Part shown: in pieces, positions 29,659 to 38,239 of the stretch
Position numbering within the stretch: position 1 is the stretch's first letter
How the letters are laid out: each line of letters opens with the position of its first letter
Assembly: GCA_025363775.1 (NCBI GenBank)
Contig: JANYLG010000091.1
Coordinates: forward strand, 7,655-71,654
Source: Acidobacteriota bacterium
Lineage (GTDB): Bacteria; Acidobacteriota; Vicinamibacteria; Vicinamibacterales; Fen-181
DNA: 64,000 nt
Direction of reading: 5' to 3'
Made by a program: the position numbers and the translations under genes
The notes under the pieces: model-generated
What the model saw: only the letters and a program-made list of their open reading frames with translations
What the model was told of the DNA's origin: nothing
The model's database searches: none

Positions 29659-31173
29659 ATGTTCGAAGCCGCTGAACTCGGCCGGTCGGTATCGAAGGAG
29701 GACTACAAGGCGCGAGAGCCGGTTCTGCGCGCAAGTCTGCTGGCCGCGCAGACGGCCTTGCGAGAAGCCGCCGCGTTTCCCGTCATCATCGTCTTTGGCG
29801 GTGTGGACGGCGCGGGCAAGGGGGAAACGGTCAACCTGCTCAACGCGTGGATGGATCCGCGCTGGACCATCACCCGCGCATTCGGCGAGCCGTCGGACGA
29901 GGAGCGGGAGCGGCCGGAGTACTGGCGATACTGGCGCGCCTTGCCGCCGCGCGGCCGCATTGGTCTGTTCCTCTCCACCTGGTACTCTGGTCCCCTGCTC
30001 GACCGTGTGTACCGCCGAGTCAATCCCGACGCCTTCCAGGAGCGTCTCAACCGCATCGTCGAGTTCGAGCAGACGCTCGCCGACGATGGGGCCCTGATCC
30101 TCAAGTTCTGGATGCATCTGGACAAGGCGGCGCAGAAGAAGCGTCTCAAGCACTTGGAGAAAGACCCGCTCCTGCGCTGGAAGGTGACCGAACTCGAATG
30201 GAAGCACTGGAGGATGTACGAGAAGTTCATCGCGGCCGCCGAGCGAGCCATTCGGCAGACGAGCCGAGGCAGCGCGTTGTGGACGATCGTGGACGGGGAG
30301 GACGCGCGTTACCGGAGCCTCGCAGTCGCTGAGGCCATCCGGGATGCGATTCGCCAGCGCCTCTCGGAGGTGACGGGGGGGCGGCGCGCCGCGGACGCAG
30401 CGGCGCCGGCCCGGCGCGTCCCAGCCCCGCGCGCGATCGCAAAGGGGCCAGCGGTCCTGTCGATCCTCTCGAGCCTCGACATGACGAAGAAGGTGCCAAA
30501 GACCGATGCCGGGCGGCAGATCGATCTCTGGCAGGGCCGGCTCAATCTGGCCCAACGGAAGGCTGGATCGAAAGGGATCTCGACGATTCTCGTCTTCGAG
30601 GGGTGGGATGCGGCCGGCAAGGGTGGCGTCATCCGACGCGTCACTGCAGCTCTGGATGCGCGCCAGTACCAGGTGATCCCGACCGCGGCGCCGACTGACG
30701 AGGAACGCGCGCAGCACTACCTCTGGCGCTTCTGGCGTCACCTGTCACGGGCAGGGCGGGTGACGATCTTCGACCGAAGTTGGTACGGCCGCGTGCTGGT
30801 GGAGCGGGTCGAGCGGTTCGCGACCGACAAGGAGTGGCATCGCGCCTACGCCGAGATCAATCAGTTCGAGGAACAGCTGGCCCGTCACGGGACCGTGCTG
30901 GTGAAATACTGGATGCACGTGACGAAGGCCGAGCAGTTGCGCCGATTCAAGCAGCGCGAGACGATCGAGCACAAGCAGTGGAAGCTGACCGACGAGGACT
31001 GGCGCAACCGCGAGAAGTGGGGGGGCTACGAGCTGGCAGTCAACGACATGGTCGAGTACACCAGTACCAGCGAGGCGCCCTGGACGCTGGTGGAGGCCAA
31101 CGACAAGTCGTTCGCTCGCATCAAAGTGCTCGAGACCCTGTGCATGCGGCTCGAGGAGGCGACGCGGCGCTGA
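29659..31173 (+). CDS. ppk2: Two-domain polyphosphate kinase 2 (polyphosphate:AMP phosphotransferase type)
   Basis: 504-aa ORF with two PPK2 modules, each carrying a Walker-A-like loop (FGGVDGAGKGETV and FEGWDAAGKGGVI). A GAGGAG ribosome-binding site precedes the ATG. Confidence 0.9.
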   Translation: MFEAAELGRSVSKEDYKAREPVLRASLLAAQTALREAAAFPVIIVFGGVDGAGKGETVNLLNAWMDPRWTITRAFGEPSDEERERPEYWRYWRALPPRGRIGLFLSTWYSGPLLDRVYRRVNPDAFQERLNRIVEFEQTLADDGALILKFWMHLDKAAQKKRLKHLEKDPLLRWKVTELEWKHWRMYEKFIAAAERAIRQTSRGSALWTIVDGEDARYRSLAVAEAIRDAIRQRLSEVTGGRRAADAAAPARRVPAPRAIAKGPAVLSILSSLDMTKKVPKTDAGRQIDLWQGRLNLAQRKAGSKGISTILVFEGWDAAGKGGVIRRVTAALDARQYQVIPTAAPTDEERAQHYLWRFWRHLSRAGRVTIFDRSWYGRVLVERVERFATDKEWHRAYAEINQFEEQLARHGTVLVKYWMHVTKAEQLRRFKQRETIEHKQWKLTDEDWRNREKWGGYELAVNDMVEYTSTSEAPWTLVEANDKSFARIKVLETLCMRLEEATRR

Positions 31174-31181
31174 GCGCTTGG

Positions 31182-31457
31182 ATGGTGAGCCGTCGGCGTG
31201 GCCGGCAGTCTAGCGACCTCACGGCGAAGTTGCTCGCGGCGTTCGCCATCGTTCCCGAGGGGGGTCCGGAATACGTCGAGGCTGCGCGAGTCAAGAACGT
31301 CTGCCTGGGCAAAGGGCTCAACGTCTCTGGGGTCGACTGTTTGATCGCCGCATGTGCGATCACCGGCAACCACGAACTCCACGCCGTCGACGAGGACTTC
31401 GAGGCGATTGCGAGGCACGCGCCCCTGAGGCTGTTCAGAGGGCATCACGCCGCATGA
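31182..31457 (+). pseudogene. Orphan C-terminal half of a PIN-domain (VapC-like) toxin
   Basis: The last 91 codons of ORF 30780..31457 read ...GLNVSGVDCLIAACAITGNHELHAVDEDFEAIARHAPLRL, a typical PIN C-terminal half. The N-terminal acidic residues are missing and no antitoxin gene precedes it. It begins 9 nt after the ppk2 stop. Confidence 0.55.
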
Positions 31458-31514
31458 CAACGGCATGGACCCGACGGCGCCGGTGAGGCGTGAAGCCCTG
31501 GTCCGCGCTACGAG

Positions 31515-31928
31515 CTACGGCGCGATGATGCGCAGCGTCGGAAAGTAGGTACGGTAGCGCCTGGGATCCCGGGTGAGCAGCGTCATGTCCTGAATGGCGG
31601 CATGGGCGCCAATGTAGAAGTCAGGCATCGGCGATCGTCTCGACCCGCCTCGACGCCGGTACTTCACGAAACACCGCCCGGCCAGGAACCCTGCCTCCCA
31701 TGGCAGCGCGAGCCTCTGGTAGTAGTCAGGCGGCAGCGCCTCCTCCAGTTCCTCGATCCGCGCGAACCGCGCGGCCACCTCGGCGTACACGATGGGGTTG
31801 ATGGCGAGCCTCGAAACGTTCGCCGCCCGGCTCAGCGCGGTCGCCGACCAATCCATCCACTCGTCGTCTTCGGTAATCACGTCGAGCAGCACGTTACTGT
31901 CGACGAGCGTCGTCGCCACGTCAGTCAC
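31515..31928 (-). CDS. vapC: Type II toxin VapC (PIN domain ribonuclease)
   Basis: 137-aa ORF. It begins MTDVATTLVDSNVLLDV (the N-terminal Asp) and continues ...DFYIGAHAAIQDMTLLTRDPRRY. It overlaps the upstream antitoxin gene by 8 nt. Confidence 0.85.
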   Translation of the reverse strand: MTDVATTLVDSNVLLDVITEDDEWMDWSATALSRAANVSRLAINPIVYAEVAARFARIEELEEALPPDYYQRLALPWEAGFLAGRCFVKYRRRGGSRRSPMPDFYIGAHAAIQDMTLLTRDPRRYRTYFPTLRIIAP

Positions 31929-32157
31929 CTCTGGTCAGGGCGAGGATCTGGTCGGTCGACAAGCGCGGCCCGGATGCCCGCCTGCCCACGGCCCGCATGT
32001 GGGCAACCAGGGCGTCGCCTCGCTCTTGTCGCTCGGCGCGACGGATCCGAACGCTGTCGCCGTCGACATCGAAGACGACACGCGTGCCCGGGAGGAGGCC
32101 CAGGCGGTCGCGGATTTCCTGGGGGATGGTGACTTGTCCCTTCGTCGTCAGAGTCAT
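31921..32157 (-). CDS. vapB: AbrB/SpoVT-fold antitoxin (VapB)
   Basis: This is the 78-aa C-terminal part of ORF 31921..32727, starting at the ATG at 32157. MTLTTKGQVTIPQEIRDRLGLLPGTRVVFDVDGD is the classic looped-hinge-helix motif. Confidence 0.8.
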   Translation of the reverse strand: MTLTTKGQVTIPQEIRDRLGLLPGTRVVFDVDGDSVRIRRAERQERGDALVAHMRAVGRRASGPRLSTDQILALTRGD

Positions 32158-32201
32158 AGTATTACCACTACCAGTAAGAGTATGACCATCCTCGCTCGAC
32201 G

Positions 32202-33470
32202 TCAACCAGCGAAGTTCTTCAGCGCCTTGCGCGCCGTCCGGTCCGGGCGGACATCCGTCTCGATCACCACCCGTATCGCCCGCTTGCGGTCTTTGAGCTC
32301 GACGACCGTGCCCGGCGGCAGGTTCGAGGTCACCTTGATGAAACCGCAGCTCAGCCCCTTGATCTTCAGACCTTCGGGCTTGTCGGGCGTGGCGATGCTG
32401 TAGATCCTCCCGTCGTGGCGGCCGATCGCCATGTCCGTGGCGCACGTGAGCACTTTGCCGATCTCGTTGCCGTTCAACTCGAACACGGCAGCCTCGTGCG
32501 CATCGATCTTGCGCAGGTCGTTCCCGACAAAAGTAAGGGTATAGGGAGCCTCGGTGGCGTTCTCCAACGCGTCTGAACCCAGGAACTTTTTGGTGAATCC
32601 CCCAGCCTGGTTGAACGGGAGGGCAAACGGCCACGGGTGATGGTAGTAGGTCCAGGGGCCGATGTCCTGGTGGGAAAGCGGCAACACCGCGCCGGTCCGC
32701 AGCGAGTCCCTTGCAGCCAGGCCGCATGCGATGACGCCGAATTCCCTGCCGGCTTCAACCAGGGTCTCCCACGCCTTGACGGTATGCTCCCGCTCGACGA
32801 AGAGTTCGAACCCAACCTCGCCGGTATAGCCCGACCGAGAGAGCAGGAGGGGCGTCCCGTCCAGGAATCGCACGCCTCCGGCAAACTCTGAGCTCGAGTC
32901 GAAATGCCCCTTGGCGGAGAAGTAGGTCAGCTTGTCGAACACGGCCTCCGGGGACTTCAAGACCTTCTGCATCGTCTTGATGGCCGACGGTCCTTGAATA
33001 TCGATCTTCCCGAGCTTGTCGGTCAGGTCGATGCACTCGACGCGAAGACCCTTCTTGTTCGCCTCCAGATGGGCCGCGACGACCCCGCCCATGCCTGCGT
33101 TCACGACAACCAGGAACTCCTCGTCCTTGATCTTGTAGACGATGCTGTCGTCGATCGCCTGGCCCCGCTCGTCGAGGAATGCTCCGTAGACACACTTGCC
33201 TGGCACGATGGGCGCGTTCTCCTTGCCCACGCAGGAATCAAGATTCCGGGTGAAGCACCACTGGATCAGGTCGAATGCACCCGGGCCGAGCACCCTGACC
33301 ACGGCCATGTGACTGGTGTCGAAGAGGCCGGCGTGGGTGACCACGGCCATGTGCTCGTCTTTTGCGCTGGCATACCAGACCGGCATGACATAGTCGCCGA
33401 ACTCGACCATGTTCGCGCCGTTCTGCGTGTGCCAATCAAACAATGGCGTCTTCTTCTTTTCTGTGGTCAT
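32202..33470 (-). CDS. gcvT: Glycine cleavage system aminomethyltransferase GcvT (long form)
   Basis: I start the ORF 32202..33560 at the ATG at 33470. MTTEKKKTPLFDWHTQNGANMVEFGDYVMPVWYAS..HAGLFDTSHM is a GcvT N-terminal signature. Confidence 0.85.
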   Translation of the reverse strand: MTTEKKKTPLFDWHTQNGANMVEFGDYVMPVWYASAKDEHMAVVTHAGLFDTSHMAVVRVLGPGAFDLIQWCFTRNLDSCVGKENAPIVPGKCVYGAFLDERGQAIDDSIVYKIKDEEFLVVVNAGMGGVVAAHLEANKKGLRVECIDLTDKLGKIDIQGPSAIKTMQKVLKSPEAVFDKLTYFSAKGHFDSSSEFAGGVRFLDGTPLLLSRSGYTGEVGFELFVEREHTVKAWETLVEAGREFGVIACGLAARDSLRTGAVLPLSHQDIGPWTYYHHPWPFALPFNQAGGFTKKFLGSDALENATEAPYTLTFVGNDLRKIDAHEAAVFELNGNEIGKVLTCATDMAIGRHDGRIYSIATPDKPEGLKIKGLSCGFIKVTSNLPPGTVVELKDRKRAIRVVIETDVRPDRTARKALKNFAG

Positions 33471-33646
33471 GTGGCTGTTCCGTTCTGAGGTCCTTGGTGT
33501 CGGTTGTGCCGCCCCTGACTCGGCGAAGGGGGCCAGTAGGCTTGGCCATGGTAACACCATGAGCCACCCGAATCGCGCAAGGTACTCCTGAATGCTTCCT
33601 GTCGCCGGCTGGATCTCGAGGCGATTCTGAAGGACCTCGGAGCCTG

Positions 33647-33681
33647 AAAGAAAAGGCGGGAGGCGTTGCCGCCTTCCCGCC
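33647..33681 (-). terminator. Intrinsic terminator downstream of the TonB-receptor pseudogene
   Basis: The minus-strand transcript would read GGCGGGAAGGCG-GCAA-CGCCUCCCGCC followed by UUUUCUUU. It lies 28 nt after the stop at 33710. Confidence 0.6.
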
Positions 33682-33709
33682 TGTTCGCCTTCCCGCTTGT
33701 TGCCTCCAG

Positions 33710-35859
33710 CTAGAAGCTGAACCGAGCCTGCAGCTGGATGACCCGCGCCCCAACAGTCGTCCCGGTGAGCCGCCCGAACGTCGTGCTGTTGATGTTCATG
33801 TCGCCAGAGTAGAACTGTACCGAGTTCAGCAGGTTGAACGCCTCGCCACGGACTTCGAAGATGTAGCGTCCAAACCTGATCCGCTTGGAGACCGCCGCAT
33901 CCATCGTCGTCGTCGCCGGCGCATCGAACGCGAGCTGCTCGAGCGAGCCCACGTTACCCGCGGTCGGATTGAAGAACACCTCTCCCGCGAACCCCGCGGT
34001 GTTGGTCAGAGTGTCCGTCCCCACCGCACGCCCCGTGTTCGGGTCGACGACGGATGGGTCGATCCAGAAGATCCGGCCGTCCGGCAACTTCGTGATCTTG
34101 AACAGCGCCTTGATCTGCTCAGGCGTCAGGGACGTCAAGGCTGTCTGGTTACCCGACCGGCCCACGCGGTTGAACGTGCCGCGCGGCGCCAGGATGCTCA
34201 GGGGGCTGCCCGTCTGCCAGTGCAGGATCGCGCTGATCTGCCAGTCACCCACGAGCGCGTTGGTGATGCGGCCCGTGTTCAGCCACCGCTTCCCCTGGCC
34301 GAACGGCAATTCGGCGATGACGTTCGCGTTGATCAGGTGGGTGATGTTCCACACGGATCGCGCTTCGTCGAGCTGCGGCCGGTTGTTGTCGAGATAGGCC
34401 TCCAGGCGGTTCTGTGCGTTGCCACCGCCATTCGCCCGGGTGTGCGCCCACGTGTAGTTGAACCCTCCCGTGATCCCCTGACGCATCTCAGAGCGCAGGT
34501 CGATCTGCAGCGCGTTGTAGTTCTGCCAACCCAGGTTCGTGACGCCGACCGACGAGTAGATGCCTCCGTTCGGGTAGAAGGCGGCTAGCGCACCCGCCAC
34601 GCGGCTGGTCATGTAGAAGTCCGCCAGCGACCCCACCTCGTTCTGCTGGATGTTCGTTTGCACCGTGGAGTGGGTGAGGAAGCCGCCCCCGAACGTCGGG
34701 AGCACCGTGAGCGGCTGACTGCCCGCGACCGTCGCGTCGTACGCGGGCTTGAAGGACCCATTGGCGGCCAGCGCCAGGAACCCATTCGCCCGTGCGCGCG
34801 TGAAGTCGTCGAGGAACGTCTGCGGGATGGCGACCTGGTTGTAGTCGATGGCCTTCCAGATGTCGCGTCCGAACGTGCCGACGTAGCGCGCTTCACCGGC
34901 GAAGCCCCACTTCAGCTCGCGCGAGATCCCGACGGACACCTGATGGACCTTCGGCTGCGTGATGTTCGGATCGATGATGCCCATCGACCCCGTGGCGCTG
35001 ATGGCCATCTGGTCGGCGAGCGTCCGGACCGGCTTGAAGACCGGGGTCGGCACACTCGAGATACCGGCCCCGATCGTCGTCGTCTGATTCGACAACGTTG
35101 CACCAGTCGACAGACCGGCGTTGAAGTTCATCGTGGCCGAGCCGACGGTGACGCTCTCCTCGTTCACGAACGTGAGCGAGTACCCGCCGCGCACCGACGT
35201 CTTGCCATCCTTGAACACGTCCCAGGCAAAGCCGATGGTCGGACCGAAGTTGTTGCGGTCAGAATTGTAGATGCCGCCGTTCACGAACGAAACCGTGGCA
35301 TTCGGATCCTTCAGCGCGTCAGTGTAGCTGCGGTATTCATCCTCGTGGCGACGCCCGGCACGCCGGCCTGCATGCGGATCAGCGCCGTGATGTCACGCCC
35401 GTTGAGCGGCAACTCCAGCACCTGCTTCTGCTGGACCGTCTGGCTCACTTCCGGCGTCGTCGTCTGGACCAGCGTCGTGCCGGCGGTCACTTCCACCGTC
35501 TCGCTGACGCCCCCCACTTCCAGCTTCGCCGTGATCGAGTACTCCTGACCGACGTTCACCTGCACGTTCGTGAACGTGGCGATCTTGAACCCGGTCAATT
35601 CGACCGTGACCTTGTAGAGCCCGGGCTGCAACTGGGGAAACACGAACGCGCCGGTTCCGGTCGAGACGGTCGTGCGTGTTTCGTTGGTCTGTTGGTTGAC
35701 GAGCGTGACGGTGGCCCCCGGCAGCACAGCGCTCGACGTGTCGAGCACCGTTCCGGCCAGACGGCCGAGCGAACCTTGCGCTCCGGCCGTCGCCGGCAGG
35801 CCGATCAGCAGCAGAAGCACGGCAAACACTGCGTTCCACCGAACGACATGGATCCTCAT
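33710..35859 (-). pseudogene. TonB-dependent receptor (CarboxypepD_reg type) with a large internal deletion and a frame change
   Basis: The N-terminal ORF 35311..35859 has a signal peptide, a CarboxypepD_reg domain and [21 protein letters not shown], then stops. The C-terminal ORF 33710..35284 is a barrel half ending in QARFSF, and its frame stays protein-like upstream to about 35350 (..[43 protein letters not shown]). The plug and first barrel half are absent. Confidence 0.7.
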
Positions 35860-36228
35860 GATGCCTCCTCCCTACATCGAACGTGCGGATGGCGACCGTT
35901 GGGAATCCCGGCCACCGTACACGTCAGCGCCGACACTTCGAACCAGGCGCTGACGCGAGAAGAGCAGCGGCTCTCCTCGGGACACGACCCGCGAACACGG
36001 ACAGCGAGCCTCTGTCCCGTACGCGGCATGCTGGGGGGTAACTGATCGACTGCCTGGGAATTTCTGCCTTCACCGGACTGCGCGCTACGGGCCGGAAGCA
36101 GATCGCGCAACATGACAAAGCCGCCGTGTGCGCACGGCGACTACCCCCGCCGATGGCAACGGAACCGACAACGGAACGACGCACGTCGATGTCAGTGGCC
36201 TCGCTGGCCTGCACGCACTGGAGTTTGT

Positions 36229-36312
36229 TCGGGCGCCGGAGGAAGTGACACCCTACATTTCGGGCGCCGGAGGAGGGACGCCCTGCGACTCTGGCGCCGA
36301 GGGGGACGCCCT
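36229..36312. repeat. Three direct repeats of a GGGCG-N13-CGCCC palindromic site at 30-31 bp spacing
   Basis: The three units are tcGGGCGccggaggaagtgaCaCCCt (36229-36254), tcGGGCGccggaggagggaCGCCCt (36260-36284) and tcTGGCGccgagggggaCGCCCt (36290-36312). They sit in a 780-bp intergenic region. Confidence 0.6.
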
Positions 36313-36640
36313 TCATTACCGCAAAACTGCTCCGGCTGGCCCGCAACAGCGGCCAAGCCGAGAGCCACGCGGTAGACCCTTCCACAGCTTCTGCAGCGTC
36401 GCAACTGGAGAGACGCTGAAGGGAGTTGCCGCACCTGGAGGAAAGCGCGCAGGATTCCTTTCCCGCAGCACCTGCACCGGATCCACGCCCGCCGCTTCAG
36501 ACATCTTCCAGGGCTGGTCGATTTCCGCACCCCGCTCGCCTGCGTTCGCCAGTAAGATCGTGGTGGCCTGCGCGCACTCGGGTGGTGTGCCCAGGCCGCT
36601 GGGCTGCAGGTGAACCACAACTTGCCGAGAGGCTTCGACG

Positions 36641-37675
36641 ATGGCTGTGAACGCTGACCGTGACCGCGCAAGGACCCTGGCCGTGGCGGGTGACTTCGGA
36701 CCCGAGGCCCTGACCCTGAATCTCAGGCTCGTGGCTGAAGAGCCGGGTGACATCGCGTCCCGCACGCGGCTCGCCCGGTGCTACCGGCAGGCGGGACGCC
36801 TCGAGGAGGCGGAAGCGGAGTACCGGGAGGCCCTGCGGTTCGACCCGAAGAACAAGATCGCGGCGGGCGGCCTGGAATCCCTGAAACCACCCGAACCGGT
36901 GGCGCCCGCCGTCTCGAAGCGCGCGACCCTTCAGCGGGCCCGTCAGCATCCGACCGAGCGACACGCGGAGCCGGACCAGGTTCCGCAGTCCTTCAGCGGG
37001 TTCCGCCGCGAGGAGTTCGCGGAGCTCCGCTTCTGCCCGGACCGCGAAGTCCAGCCGCGATTCGCGCCGCGGGTGGTCGAGTTGTTGCGGCGCATCAATG
37101 CGCTGCCGTCGAGCGTGGAGCGGGCCTCGATTCGCGACCCGGAGCAGCGGAATCTCTTCCGCATGGCGAGGGCCGAGGTGCATCCATACCCGCGCCACTG
37201 GTGTGCGTTCAACCTTGGTGGTCGATTCGAACCCCAGTTCAATCTGGGGATGTCGAGCGGGAACCAGGGCGGCGGTGACTGGTTTCGGATCGGCCTCGGG
37301 TTCGACCTTTCGCTCCGGGGCAAGGATCCCGATATCGGGAGAGGTCAGGAGCGCGTCAGGACGTATCTCCGACGGTTCCAGACGATCCTGACCTCGGACG
37401 ACCGCTACCTGCTCACCGGGTTCATGGGACGCGAGGACGGCCTGATCCAGGTCCACGAGGGAGGGCCGCGACACGACCTGGCCGAGCCGGCGCGCGCCGC
37501 GGAGTTCATCGCGCAGTGCAGCCCTGAGGCCACCGACTGGGTGTTCTGCGGGAAGTGGCTGTCTCCGGAACGGGCTGAAGACGCGACGATCCTCTCCGAC
37601 CCGGTGGCGCTCGTCAGGACGATCGATCGCGTGTTCGCCGGCCTGCAGCCGCTCTACCGGACGCTATTGAAGTAG
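36641..37675 (+). CDS. Hypothetical protein: N-terminal TPR pair plus a ~240-aa domain I cannot assign
   Basis: 344-aa ORF with a GAGAGG ribosome-binding site. The TPR-like segment reads ASRTRLARCYRQAGRLEEAEAEYREALRFDPKN. I recognised no family for the C-terminal part (...HWCAFNLGGRFEPQFNLGM...DWVFCGKWLSPE...). The long minus ORF 36497..37474 is its shadow. Confidence 0.65.
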   Translation: MAVNADRDRARTLAVAGDFGPEALTLNLRLVAEEPGDIASRTRLARCYRQAGRLEEAEAEYREALRFDPKNKIAAGGLESLKPPEPVAPAVSKRATLQRARQHPTERHAEPDQVPQSFSGFRREEFAELRFCPDREVQPRFAPRVVELLRRINALPSSVERASIRDPEQRNLFRMARAEVHPYPRHWCAFNLGGRFEPQFNLGMSSGNQGGGDWFRIGLGFDLSLRGKDPDIGRGQERVRTYLRRFQTILTSDDRYLLTGFMGREDGLIQVHEGGPRHDLAEPARAAEFIAQCSPEATDWVFCGKWLSPERAEDATILSDPVALVRTIDRVFAGLQPLYRTLLK

Positions 37676-37805
37676 CCGTCACCCGCCCCCCCTCGCCCAG
37701 CCACAATCCCGGGACCGAGGGCGAGGCGGGACAGACGGAGCCGTTCAGCGAGCTGATCCGCCTCGCCTCCCTCTGACCGCGCCCCGGTGCCCGGCGCTGT
37801 CGGTC

Positions 37806-38239
37806 TCAGCGGTCGCCCGCGGTCACGGCCGCCTTGCTCTCCTTCGTCCGGTACTTCTCGAACCAGGCCATCAGGTAGAGCTGCTGCAGGAGTTGACGTC
37901 AACCAGCGCCTTCATCTGCGCCGGCTCGGCGAGCGCGAGGAAGTATGCGTTCGCCTCGCCGCGCTCCTCCATCGAGTAGTAGATGCCCGTGCCATCCGCG
38001 GCCCACTCGGCGTTACCTGGCGAGCCGGGCAGGTGTCCGGCCCACAGCCGCTTGTTCCCGCCGGTGGCGTCCATCAGGTACAGGCTCGAGAGCGTGCTCG
38101 TCTCGTTCCTGTCGTCGTAGCCCGTGTAGGCGATCCACAGGCCATCGGGCGACATCGCCGGGTTGCCATCCGGCCCGACCCGGTCGGTGAGCGTCTTCAC
38201 GTCGAGCGTGACCAGATCGATCGCGTAGCTCCTTCGGCT
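37806..38239 (-). pseudogene. Fragment of a TolB-like propeller / S9-peptidase-type gene (internal deletion, both ends truncated)
   Basis: The frame containing ORF 37871..38200 reads ..DLVTLDVKTLTDRVGPDGNPAMSPDGLWIAYTGYDDRNETSTLSSLYLMDATGGNKRLW..WAADGTGIYY, which is propeller-blade sequence. A different frame ends ..QLLQQLYLMAWFEKYRTKESK* at 37806, which resembles an S9 peptidase C-terminus. No catalytic domain lies between them. Confidence 0.5.

Noticed and set aside
33471-33709. Possible glycine riboswitch in the 239-nt leader of gcvT.
   Set aside because: Read in the gene-sense (minus) direction, I cannot find the conserved cores (GGAGAG ... ACCGAAGGGGCAA ... CUCAGGCAAAAGGAC). A CGGCGAAGGGGGCCA string exists only on the opposite strand. 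Part of the leader is the terminator of the upstream gene. A covariance-model scan (Rfam RF00504) would settle it.
35924-36613. ORFs inside the 780-bp intergenic region (35924..36385 -, 36128..36613 +, 36192..36671 -, 36316..36765 -).
   Set aside because: They overlap one another, give low-complexity translations, have no ribosome-binding sites or motifs, and cross the tandem repeat array. A short stretch (..ATTILLANAGERGAEIDQPW..) could be a decayed gene remnant, but I cannot support it.
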